A stretch of DNA of 64,000 nt from an uncultured Planctomycetia bacterium (GTDB lineage: Bacteria > Omnitrophota > Gorgyraeia > Tantalellales > Tantalellaceae): assembly GCA_964409365.1 (NCBI GenBank), contig CAYPCX010000001.1, positions 202,075-266,074 on the forward strand, written 5' to 3'. Of this stretch, positions 19,225 through 28,223 are shown piece after piece (position 1 is the stretch's first letter; each line of letters starts with the position of its first letter). Both the position numbers and the translations under genes were made by a program. The notes under the pieces are model-generated. The model made no database searches. It worked only from the letters and a program-made list of their open reading frames with translations, and was not told where the DNA came from.

Positions 19225-19290
19225 GATTCTGGGGACACGTCTGTGTAGACGACATGTAAACTACCAGACATGTCCCCAGAATATATTTCC
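19221..19290 (+). terminator. REP-like terminator copy (overlaps the panC stop codon)
   Basis: ctgagattctggggacacgtctgtgtagacgacatgtaaactaccagacatgtccccagaatatatttcc. Confidence 0.6.
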
Positions 19291-19300
19291 ATAAAGGAGT

Positions 19301-20284
19301 GTGATGAAAAGACCGGAGTTTGACGCGAAATACAAGGAACACCTGACCAGGAAGATACTGGACCTGAAGAAAGAAAAAGGGGCGCTTATCGTCGCCCATA
19401 ATTACCAGCGCGACGAGATACAGGATATTGCCGACATAACGGGCGATTCGTACGCCCTTGCCTGCAAGGTAGCTAAGGCGAAAGAGGAACTGGTGGTCTT
19501 CTGCGGCGTGAAGTTCATGGCGGAGAGCGCTTATATGCTTAGCCCGGGAAAGACGGTGCTGCTCCCGGTCGAGGAAGCGGGATGCCCGCTCGCTGATATG
19601 ATCACCGTGGAGAAGCTCAAACAGAAGAGGCAGGAGTATCCGGAAGCCGCGGTAGTATGCTACGTGAACTCTTCGGCGGCGGTCAAGGCGGAAAGCGATA
19701 TATGCTGCACCTCGTCCAACGCCATACAGATCGTCAGATCCCTGAAGGAAGAGAAGGTGATCTTCGTGCCCGATAGGAACCTCGGAAGGTACGTGAGAGA
19801 GCGCGTTCCGGAAAAAGACGTGATACTATGGGACGGCTACTGCATCGTGCACAAGCGCCTGACCAAAGAAGAAGTGCTGGGGACTAAGAAACTGCACCCC
19901 GAAGCCGAGTTCATAGTGCATCCCGAGTGTCAAAAGGAGGTGCTTGACCTTGCCGACTATATAGGAAGCACGGCGGGTATGATAAAGTACGTAAAGGAAT
20001 GTCCGCGCAAGGAATTCATCATCGGCACTGAAATGGGTATCATATATCGTCTTAAGCACGACAATCCGGAAAAACAGTTTTATGTTCCGGCCGACCATTT
20101 TATATGCGCCAATATGAAGCTGACGACCCTGGGATGGCTGGCAAGGTCCCTGGAGAAGGAGATCTACAAAATAGAGGTCCCCGAGGGTGTGGCGGCAAAG
20201 GCCCGCAAGGCGCTCCAGAGGATGGTAGACGTTACCGAGAACCAGATGACAGATGACAGACGTCAGAAGACAGAAGACAGATGA
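19301..20284 (+). CDS. nadA: Quinolinate synthase A
   Basis: LIVAHNYQ, FCGVKFMAE and the three Cys ligands. The C-terminal tail ENQMTDDRRQKTEDR is encoded by a repeat. Confidence 0.9.
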   Translation: MMKRPEFDAKYKEHLTRKILDLKKEKGALIVAHNYQRDEIQDIADITGDSYALACKVAKAKEELVVFCGVKFMAESAYMLSPGKTVLLPVEEAGCPLADMITVEKLKQKRQEYPEAAVVCYVNSSAAVKAESDICCTSSNAIQIVRSLKEEKVIFVPDRNLGRYVRERVPEKDVILWDGYCIVHKRLTKEEVLGTKKLHPEAEFIVHPECQKEVLDLADYIGSTAGMIKYVKECPRKEFIIGTEMGIIYRLKHDNPEKQFYVPADHFICANMKLTTLGWLARSLEKEIYKIEVPEGVAAKARKALQRMVDVTENQMTDDRRQKTEDR

Positions 20285-20323
20285 CAGGATTACTCTTTTC
20301 TGTTCTCTGTCCTCTGTTTTCTG
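20244..20323. repeat. R/Y mirrored element (CAGAAGA heptamers / TCTGTYC heptamers), spanning the nadA stop
   Basis: cagatgacagatgacagacgtcagaagacagaagacagatgacagg ... cttttctgttctctgtcctctgttttctg. Confidence 0.55.
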
Positions 20324-20339
20324 AAACCGGGAGTTGTGA

Positions 20340-21152
20340 ATGGATAAAAAGACCATAGGAATTATAGGATGCGGTAACATCGGCGCAGCTCTCGCCATAT
20401 ATGCCGAAAAGGAACTAAAGGTCAGTATAAGCGGGATAGTTTTGTATGACATCGATCCGGAGAAGGTAAAGGACGTTTCAGAGAAGGTCGGGAATGCGCA
20501 AGTGGCAGCGAGTGCCGAAGAGGTGATCGATAAGGCGGATGTAGTCGTGGAAGCCGCTTCCCCGAAGGCGGTGCCAGGCGTTCTCGGCACGGCTATCGAA
20601 AAGGGAAAAGATATCATATTGATGAGCATAGGGGGTGTACTGGCTAACAAAGGCCTCTTGGATAAGGCGAGAGAAAAAGGCATCCGTGTTATTCTTCCCT
20701 CGGGCGCTATCTCGGGTATAGATGCTTTGAAATCAGCGCGGCTTTCCGGGATTGAAAGTGTCACGATCACGACACGGAAGGCCCCGCGTTCGATAAAGGG
20801 AGCTCCCTATCTTTCGGAAAAGGGTATAGACGTGGACCGAATAGAAGGGGAAGAGACGATATTTGAAGGGAACGCTTTAGAGGCGATAAAAGGTTTTCCG
20901 AAGAACGTCAACGTCTCGGCCCTTCTTTCCCTGGCCGGCATCGGAGCGGAAAAGACCAGGGTCAGGATAGTGGTATCCCCTTCCTACACGAAAAATATAC
21001 ATGAAATAGAAGTAGTAAGCGGGGCGGGGAAGATAATAACGCGCACCGAGAACGTGCCTTCGCCCGAAAATCCAAAGACGAGTTATCTCGCGGTGCTTAG
21101 CGCGATCACCGCACTGAGAAATCATCTGGATACCATCCGCATAGGGAACTGA
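20340..21152 (+). CDS. nadX: L-aspartate dehydrogenase
   Basis: N-terminal GIIGCGNIG Rossmann fold and the C-terminal ENVPSPENPKTS motif typical of NadX. It is adjacent to nadA. Confidence 0.85.
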   Translation: MDKKTIGIIGCGNIGAALAIYAEKELKVSISGIVLYDIDPEKVKDVSEKVGNAQVAASAEEVIDKADVVVEAASPKAVPGVLGTAIEKGKDIILMSIGGVLANKGLLDKAREKGIRVILPSGAISGIDALKSARLSGIESVTITTRKAPRSIKGAPYLSEKGIDVDRIEGEETIFEGNALEAIKGFPKNVNVSALLSLAGIGAEKTRVRIVVSPSYTKNIHEIEVVSGAGKIITRTENVPSPENPKTSYLAVLSAITALRNHLDTIRIGN

Positions 21153-21202
21153 AACATCCTTGACACTTTTTTAACTTCATGTTAACGTATCCGTGATTTA
21201 AA

Positions 21203-22900
21203 ATGAGCGGCCAACTTATCCTCATGCTTATAGGCGGCCTCGGACTGTTCTTCTTCGGCATGCAGACAATGTCCGACGGCTTGAAGAAAATAGCCGGGGA
21301 GCGTCTTAAATCTATCCTTCACATGTTCACGAAGGTACCCCTCATCGGTGTTCTTGTCGGCGCGGCGGTCACCTGTCTTATCCAGTCTTCCAGCGCCACA
21401 ACCGTGATGGTTGTCGGTTTTGTCAATGCGGGTCTTTTGGCGCTGAAACAAGCCATAGGCGTCGTGATGGGCGCGAACATAGGTACTACGTTCACCGCGT
21501 GGCTGGTATCATCTATGGCTATTTTTAAGATAACGCATTATGCCCTTCCGGCGGTAGGCATAGGTTTTGCCCTCAACACTTTCGGCAAAACGAAGAAGAC
21601 GAGGTTCTGGGGACAGGTCCTTATGGGGTTCGGCCTTCTTTTTCTCGGTCTGGGCTTCATGAAAGATGCTTTTGAGCCGCTGCGGCAGAGCCCGCACGTG
21701 AGGGATATCTTCGCCAAGTTCAGCGCTAATCCCATGCTCGGCGTGCTTGTCGGCATGCTCATAACGATGCTCATCCAGAGTTCCAGCGCGACCATAGCTA
21801 TAGTGCAGGTCATGGCTTTTAACGGCATCATAAGTTTCCCGGCCGCCATCCCTTTGATGCTCGGGGACGACATCGGCACAACGATAACCGCGCAACTCGC
21901 CGCCGTCGGGACCACTGTAGACGCAAGGCGCGCCGCAATGTCGCACACGCTCTTTAATGTTATCGGTGTCGGGTATTTCCTCATATTTGTTTACAACGGG
22001 TGGTTCGTCAAGGCCGTGGATTTCATTATACCCGGCCAGATCACCGCGAAGAACATAATGATCCATATCGCCGTCGCCAACAGCGCTTTCAAAATAATAA
22101 ATGCCCTTGTTTTCCTGCCTTTCATAGGATTGCTGGAGAAAGCGAGCATCTGGCTTGTCCCGAAGAAAAAAGGCGCTATTGAAATGGGGCCGAAGTTCCT
22201 CGAAAAACATCTTCTCGAGACGCCGCCCATAGCAATAGAACAGGCCCGCAGGGAAACAGTGAGGATGATGGGCCTTGCCAGCAAGTCCGTTTCCAGCGCG
22301 GTCAAGAGTTTCTTTGAAAACGATCTTTCCGCCCTGAAACCCGTGGCCAAATTGGAACAGGCAGTTGATAATCTCCAGTCGGCGATAACGCAGTACCTGG
22401 TCGAACTTTCGCAGAGGGTTCTGAGCCCGGAAGAGTCGCAGGAGCTCCCGGTGCTGATACACAACGTGAACGATATAGAAAGAATAGGGGATCATTCCGA
22501 GAATATTGTGGAGCTTACGGAGCGAAAGATAGACAAAAAACTGCCTTTTTCGGAAGAGGCTATTAGCGAACTCAGGCTCATGTGGAACGAGCTCAACGGC
22601 ATGATGATAGAAGCGGAAGAGGCTCTGAGGAAGAACGATTCACAAATGGCGGAAAACGTCCTGAGAAGGGAACAGCGCGTGAACAAGTTCCAGTCTGACC
22701 TGAAAAAATCACACGTGAACAGGCTCAATAGCGGTGCCTGCGACATACAGTCAGGCGTCGTTTTTATCGATTTTGTCGACAACTTGGAAAAGATAGGCGA
22801 TCACCTGACGAACGTGGCCCAGGGGGTCATCGGCGAGATGAGATGGAGAGGGTACCAGGGTGAAGACATCACCGCCGAAGAAGCTTCTTCTGCTACCTAA
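21203..22900 (+). CDS. Na+/phosphate cotransporter family protein (NptA-like) with a C-terminal PhoU-like domain
   Basis: Duplicated Na/Pi-cotransporter membrane repeats (QSSSATT... twice) and C-terminal PhoU-like helical repeats. Length is 565 aa. Confidence 0.8.
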   Translation: MSGQLILMLIGGLGLFFFGMQTMSDGLKKIAGERLKSILHMFTKVPLIGVLVGAAVTCLIQSSSATTVMVVGFVNAGLLALKQAIGVVMGANIGTTFTAWLVSSMAIFKITHYALPAVGIGFALNTFGKTKKTRFWGQVLMGFGLLFLGLGFMKDAFEPLRQSPHVRDIFAKFSANPMLGVLVGMLITMLIQSSSATIAIVQVMAFNGIISFPAAIPLMLGDDIGTTITAQLAAVGTTVDARRAAMSHTLFNVIGVGYFLIFVYNGWFVKAVDFIIPGQITAKNIMIHIAVANSAFKIINALVFLPFIGLLEKASIWLVPKKKGAIEMGPKFLEKHLLETPPIAIEQARRETVRMMGLASKSVSSAVKSFFENDLSALKPVAKLEQAVDNLQSAITQYLVELSQRVLSPEESQELPVLIHNVNDIERIGDHSENIVELTERKIDKKLPFSEEAISELRLMWNELNGMMIEAEEALRKNDSQMAENVLRREQRVNKFQSDLKKSHVNRLNSGACDIQSGVVFIDFVDNLEKIGDHLTNVAQGVIGEMRWRGYQGEDITAEEASSAT

Positions 22901-22949
22901 AGTTCCCGGAAATCCTGTCACTTACGTAAGTTGTTTCCCCCGCATCCTA

Positions 22950-23117
22950 CTTGCCCCTCGGCGTGGATACGACGTGCAGGATAAGTTCGACCACATAACT
23001 TATGTTCACTTCGTTCCATAAGTTATGGTCTCACTTGCCCCTTGGCGTGGATACGACGTGCAGGATAAGTTCGACCACATAACTTATGTTCACTTCGTTC
23101 CATAAGTTATGGTCTCA
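22950..23117. repeat. Exact tandem duplication of an 84-bp unit (2 copies, 1 mismatch), each with an internal 11-bp hairpin
   Basis: cttgcccctYggcgtggatacgacgtgcaggataagttcgaccacataacttatgttcacttcgttccataagttatggtctca occurs twice. Each unit begins with a -35-like TTGCCC. Confidence 0.8.
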
Positions 23118-23118
23118 C

Positions 23119-23146
23119 TTGACTTTTTTCACTTCTTTTGTATAAT
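23119..23146 (+). promoter_or_regulatory. Sigma70 consensus promoter (TTGACT - 16 nt - TATAAT)
   Basis: Located immediately after the tandem repeat and 60 nt upstream of the IMPDH-like gene. Confidence 0.5.
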
Positions 23147-23205
23147 ACTCCTAACCTATTTATTTACGGGTCAATATATATCATTTATAAATACAGGAGG
23201 CTGTT

Positions 23206-24366
23206 ATGGGAATGTGGGTCGGCATAGGACGTAAGGCCAGGCGCAGTTACGGTTTTGACGAAGTCGCTCTGGTCCCCGGTGAACTTACCATCAATCCGGA
23301 AGATGTCGACACCTCGTGTGAGATCGGGGGCATCAAGTTCCAGGTGCCCATAATGGCGTCGTCCATGGACGGTGTGGTCGACGTGGACTATGCCATAGCT
23401 ATGGGCAAGCTCGGGGGTATGGCCGTACTTCACCTCGAAGGCGTTTCTACCAGGTACGATGATCCGGCGGAAGCCGTCAAAAAGATAGTAAAAAGTAACG
23501 CCAAGGAATCCACGAAAGTAATACAGGACGTCTATTCCAAGCCCATCAAGAAGAAACTCATCACCAAAAGGATAAAAGAGATCAAAAGGGCGAAAGTGCC
23601 CGCGGTGGTAAGTTGTAACCCGCAGGTAGCCGGAGAGTTCGGACCTATCGCGCGTGATGCGGGTTGCGATATTTTCTGTATACAGTCCACGGTGGTGAGC
23701 CAGAGGCACGAGTCGAGTACGTATAAACCGTTGAATCTTACCAAGTTCGTCAAAGACATGAAGATCCCCGTGCTTCTCGGTAACTGCGTGAGCTATAAGG
23801 TGGCCGTGGCTCTTATGGAGACGGGGTGCCAGGGCATCTTCGTGGGTATAGGCCCCGGGACGGCGTGCACTTCACGCGGTGTTCTCGGCATAGGCGTGCC
23901 GCAGATAACAGCTACCTGCGATTGCGCGGCCGCGAGAGATTTTTATTATAAGAAATCGGGAAGATATGTCCCGATCATCACCGACGGAGGAATGGCTACC
24001 GGTGGTGACATTTGCAAGGCCTTTGCTGCGGGTGCCGACGCGGTCATGCTCGGCAACGCGTTCGCCAGGGCCAAGGAAGCTCCCGGAAAAGGATATCACT
24101 GGGGGATGGCCATGCCCCATCCATCACTGCCCAGGGGGACGCGTATAAAAGTAGGTACGGCGGGGACGCTGGAAGAGATCCTCTTCGGTCCCGCGCGGCT
24201 TGACGACGGGACACAGAACCTCATGGGGGCACTCGCTACCAGTATGGGCAACCTCGGCGCGCATAACATCAAAGAGATGCAGCTTGTTGACATGATCATC
24301 GCACCCTCTATCCAGACGGAAGGGAAGGTCTATCAGACCGCCCAGCGCGTCGGGATGAGGAAATAA
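23206..24366 (+). CDS. IMP dehydrogenase / GMP reductase family protein lacking the CBS subdomain
   Basis: TIM-barrel IMPDH-like motifs (VPIMASSMDGV, GIGPGTACTSR). Its 386 aa leave no room for the CBS pair. Confidence 0.75.
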   Translation: MGMWVGIGRKARRSYGFDEVALVPGELTINPEDVDTSCEIGGIKFQVPIMASSMDGVVDVDYAIAMGKLGGMAVLHLEGVSTRYDDPAEAVKKIVKSNAKESTKVIQDVYSKPIKKKLITKRIKEIKRAKVPAVVSCNPQVAGEFGPIARDAGCDIFCIQSTVVSQRHESSTYKPLNLTKFVKDMKIPVLLGNCVSYKVAVALMETGCQGIFVGIGPGTACTSRGVLGIGVPQITATCDCAAARDFYYKKSGRYVPIITDGGMATGGDICKAFAAGADAVMLGNAFARAKEAPGKGYHWGMAMPHPSLPRGTRIKVGTAGTLEEILFGPARLDDGTQNLMGALATSMGNLGAHNIKEMQLVDMIIAPSIQTEGKVYQTAQRVGMRK

Positions 24367-24394
24367 CCACTTCTCAAATTTACTTTGATCTATC

Positions 24395-27300
24395 ATGGCC
24401 GGACCACGATCTGATTTTGTACACCTGCATGTTCACACGCAGTACAGCCTGCTCGACGGCGCCTGCCAGCTCGACGAGCTCCTGGACCGCGCCTCAAAAT
24501 ATAACATGCCGGCGTGCGCCATAACGGATCACGGCAACATGTTCGGCGCCATAAATTTTTACCAGAAGGCCAAAGCCCGGGGGATCAAACCCATAATAGG
24601 CTGCGAGATATATGTCGCGCCGGAAAGCCGGTTTGACAAGACAAGCCACGGCATAAAAGGGGCTTCCTACCATCTGCTTCTTCTGGCCAAGAACCTGACA
24701 GGATACAGGAACCTTCTCGAGATAGTTTCGATCGGCTACCTGGAAGGGTTCTATTACAAACCGAGGGTGGACAAGGAGGTCCTGGGCCGGTGCAGTAAAG
24801 GCCTTGTCGCCATGTCGGCCTGCCTCAAGGGGGAAGTGTCGCATTTTCTGCTTTCCGATCAGTGGGACCAGGCGAAAAGGGCCGCCGCGGAATATGCCGA
24901 TATATTCGGCAAAGAAAACTTTTACCTGGAAATACAGGAGAACAACCTGGAGGAGCAGCGCCGCCTGAACGCGGGTTTAGTTAAACTGGCCCGGGAACTC
25001 GATATACCGGTGGTCGCGACCAACGACGTGCATTATCTCGATAAGGACGACGTGAAGGCGCACGACGCGCTTCTTTGCATACAAACCGGCACGACCATCG
25101 ACGAGACCAATCGCATGAAGTTCCACACCGACCAATTGTATTTCAAAACGGCCGATGAGATGAAGGAGTCGTTCGCGGAGCTTCCGGAAGCCATATCGAA
25201 TACCACGAAGATCGCGGATATGTGCCAACTGGAGCTCGATTTCGACGAACTTCACCTCCCGCGGTTCACCGCACCGGACGGGGAGGACAACGACGCTTTT
25301 TTCAGGCGCCTTGTCGAAGAGGGGCTTAAAAAGCGTTACAGCGAGATCACAGTGCAGATAACCGAGCGCGTCGGGAACGAGATTAGGATAATCCAGGACC
25401 TGGGGTATGTCAGTTATTTCCTGATAGTGTGGGATTTCATAAACCGCGCCAAACAGATGGGCATACCTGTCGGTCCGGGGAGGGGCTCAGCGGCCGGGAG
25501 CATAGTAAGTTACGCCCTCGGTATTACCGATATAGACCCGCTTAAATACGGGCTCATCTTCGAACGTTTTCTCAATCCCGAGAGGGTCACCATGCCCGAC
25601 ATAGACATAGATTTCTGTTTCGAGAGAAGGAACGAGGTAATAGATTACGTCATAGACAAGTACTCGAAGGCTAACGTCGCACAGATAATAACGTTCGGCA
25701 CAATGATGGCCAAAGGCGTCCTCAGGGACGTGGGAAGGGTCATGGCCATACCGTACGCGGAAGTGGACAAAATAGCGAAGCTGGTCCCCAACGACCCGGG
25801 GATCACGCTGGACCAGGCGCTTGAGATAGAACCCGAGCTTGCGCACATATACGAGGACGATCCGACGATAAGACAGCTTATTGACACCTCAAGGAGGCTG
25901 GAGGGCCTTAACAGGCACGTTTCCATTCACGCGGCAGGCGTGGTCATCTCTGACAAACCTTTGCTGAAACGTATACCGCTTTTCAAGACGGGTGACGACC
26001 AGATCATTACCGGGTTCGACATGAAGTCACTTGAGAAAATAGGCATGCTCAAGATGGACTTCCTGGGTCTCAAGACGCTCACGGTCATCCAGCAGACGAC
26101 GCAGATCGTCAAACGCACCCGGGAAAAGGATGTCCGCATGGAGGATATCCCCCTCGACGATAAACGCACTTTTGACCTCCTGGCCAGGGCCGAGACCGCG
26201 GGTGTGTTCCAGCTTGAATCCGGCGGGATGAGAGACCTCTTGAGGAAGCTCAAACCGGAAAAGTTCGAGGAGCTCATAGCGATCCTCGCGCTTTACCGGC
26301 CCGGTCCCATGGGCAGCGGCATGCTTGACGAGTTCATAAAAAGGAAACAGGGCCATATTGACGTCAAGTATGATCACCCGGCGTTGGAACCTATACTGAA
26401 GGAGACTTACGGCATCATCGTCTTCCAGGAACAGGTCATGAACATAGTGTCCGCGCTGGCCGGTTTCAGCATGGCAGAAGCGGATAACGTCCGCAAGGTC
26501 ATGTCCAAAAAGAATCCCGAAGCCATGGCCGAACTGAAGGAAAAGTTCCTGCGCGGCACGGGTAGGAACGGAGTGGGCAGGATAACGGCCGAGAAGATAT
26601 ACGATCTCATAGCGTACTTTGCCGGTTACGGGTTCAACAAATCCCACAGCGCCGCTTACGCGATGATCAGCTACAGGACGGCGTACCTCAAGGCGAACTA
26701 CCCCGTGGAATTCATGACGGCCCTTCTCACGAGCGAGAAGAACAACACCGATAAGATATCCGACTATATCAACGAGTCGATAAGAATGGGTATCGATATA
26801 CTGCCTCCCGACGTGAACGAGAGTTTCAAGGATTTCACGGTGGTCGGGGAGGACATCCGTTTCGGCCTTTCGGCCGTGAAGAACGTGGGCTCCGGCGCGG
26901 CGGATTCGATAATAACCACCAGGCAGGAGAGCGGCAAGTTCGAATCGCTTTACGACTTCGCGGAAAAAATAGATCCCAGGATGGTCAACAGGAAGGTCAC
27001 GGAAAGCCTCATCAAGTGCGGGGCCTTCGATTCCACCGGCATCTACAGGTCACAGGCGATAGCCGTACTTGACAAGGTACTGGACATGGCGGGCAAGACG
27101 CACAAGGACAGGCGCAACGGGCAGTTGTCCTTCTTCGATGACGCGCACGCGGATGAAAGTTTCAAGGAGACCTTCCGGGAAGTACCCGACATTCCCGAAT
27201 GGCCGGAGCATGAACTCCTTTCCAGCGAAAAAGAGATGCTCGGTTTTTACATCACAAAACATCCGCTGGCCAGGTTCGAACGGCTCCTTAACGCGTATTC

Positions 27301-27847
27301 GACCTGCGGTATATCAGAACTTTCCGGCTTATCTGACGGGCAGGAGGTCCTCGTAGGGGGGATAATCAACAAGGCCAAGATCACGGTCACTCGCAAGAAG
27401 GCCGAAAAAATGGCCATCGTGACCCTGGAAGACCTGGAAAGCTTCGTAGAGGTGCTGGTCTTTCCAAAGACCTACAGGAAAGATCCGGAGCTCGTCAAGG
27501 AAGACAACATGGTCTACGTACATGGGCGCCTGAACCTTCGTGAGGAAGAACCCAAAATAGTGGCCGAGGATATCATACCGCTCGAAAAGGTCAAAGAACG
27601 TTTCACCAGGTCCGTACTGATACGGCTCTCTACCACCGGCCTTGAGGAGAACATGCTCAAGGGTATAAGGAGGGTCATCAGGAAATACAAGGGTAAGATC
27701 CCCGTGTACATAGACCTCTTGTCGCCCGAAGGGCGGAAGATACGGCTTTCTACGGATAAAGATATGTCGGTATTCCCGACTGACGATCTTATAGGCGAGA
27801 TGGAGCAAATAGCCGGGACGGGCAATGTGAAGCTCCTGACGAAGTAA
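24395..27847 (+). CDS. dnaE: DNA polymerase III subunit alpha
   Basis: N-terminal PHP domain FVHLHVHTQYSLLDGA, the palm motif GLLKMDFLGLKTL and OB-fold. Length is 1150 aa. Confidence 0.95.
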   Translation: MAGPRSDFVHLHVHTQYSLLDGACQLDELLDRASKYNMPACAITDHGNMFGAINFYQKAKARGIKPIIGCEIYVAPESRFDKTSHGIKGASYHLLLLAKNLTGYRNLLEIVSIGYLEGFYYKPRVDKEVLGRCSKGLVAMSACLKGEVSHFLLSDQWDQAKRAAAEYADIFGKENFYLEIQENNLEEQRRLNAGLVKLARELDIPVVATNDVHYLDKDDVKAHDALLCIQTGTTIDETNRMKFHTDQLYFKTADEMKESFAELPEAISNTTKIADMCQLELDFDELHLPRFTAPDGEDNDAFFRRLVEEGLKKRYSEITVQITERVGNEIRIIQDLGYVSYFLIVWDFINRAKQMGIPVGPGRGSAAGSIVSYALGITDIDPLKYGLIFERFLNPERVTMPDIDIDFCFERRNEVIDYVIDKYSKANVAQIITFGTMMAKGVLRDVGRVMAIPYAEVDKIAKLVPNDPGITLDQALEIEPELAHIYEDDPTIRQLIDTSRRLEGLNRHVSIHAAGVVISDKPLLKRIPLFKTGDDQIITGFDMKSLEKIGMLKMDFLGLKTLTVIQQTTQIVKRTREKDVRMEDIPLDDKRTFDLLARAETAGVFQLESGGMRDLLRKLKPEKFEELIAILALYRPGPMGSGMLDEFIKRKQGHIDVKYDHPALEPILKETYGIIVFQEQVMNIVSALAGFSMAEADNVRKVMSKKNPEAMAELKEKFLRGTGRNGVGRITAEKIYDLIAYFAGYGFNKSHSAAYAMISYRTAYLKANYPVEFMTALLTSEKNNTDKISDYINESIRMGIDILPPDVNESFKDFTVVGEDIRFGLSAVKNVGSGAADSIITTRQESGKFESLYDFAEKIDPRMVNRKVTESLIKCGAFDSTGIYRSQAIAVLDKVLDMAGKTHKDRRNGQLSFFDDAHADESFKETFREVPDIPEWPEHELLSSEKEMLGFYITKHPLARFERLLNAYSTCGISELSGLSDGQEVLVGGIINKAKITVTRKKAEKMAIVTLEDLESFVEVLVFPKTYRKDPELVKEDNMVYVHGRLNLREEEPKIVAEDIIPLEKVKERFTRSVLIRLSTTGLEENMLKGIRRVIRKYKGKIPVYIDLLSPEGRKIRLSTDKDMSVFPTDDLIGEMEQIAGTGNVKLLTK

Positions 27848-27926
27848 AAGGGTATATTAGCGTTGACACGGAACATAACCCGTGTTAATATAAGCACTTA
27901 AATAAAGTTAACGAAGGGAGGAATAA

Positions 27927-28205
27927 ATGACTAAAAAAGACATCATTCTTAAGATCTCCGAGGACACCGGCCTGAAGCAGGTCGAGGTCAAAGAGGTCGT
28001 CCAGCGCACCTTTGATATGATCGTCGACAGCCTGGGCAAGGGCAAAAAGGTCGAGCTCAGGAACTTCGGCATCTTCAAGGTAAAGACCCGCAAGGGCAGG
28101 ATGGGGCGCAATCCCAGGACAGGCGCCAGTGTCTCGATACCCGACAAGAAGGTAGTGGCCTTCAAGCCGGGCATGAAGATGAAGATCGACGTTGAAGCCA
28201 TATAA
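27927..28205 (+). CDS. HU/IHF family DNA-binding protein
   Basis: GFGIFKVKTRKGRMGRNPRTG arm motif. Length is 92 aa. Confidence 0.85.
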   Translation: MTKKDIILKISEDTGLKQVEVKEVVQRTFDMIVDSLGKGKKVELRNFGIFKVKTRKGRMGRNPRTGASVSIPDKKVVAFKPGMKMKIDVEAI

Positions 28206-28223
28206 CCGGCTAAAAGGGTTGAT

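Noticed and set aside
22950-23117. The tandem direct repeats were considered as a possible CRISPR array. The 88-bp tRNA-adjacent repeats at 42837-43100 were considered likewise.
   Set aside because: There are only 2-3 units, with no unique spacers between them. The units are far longer than CRISPR repeats, and no cas genes lie in the window.
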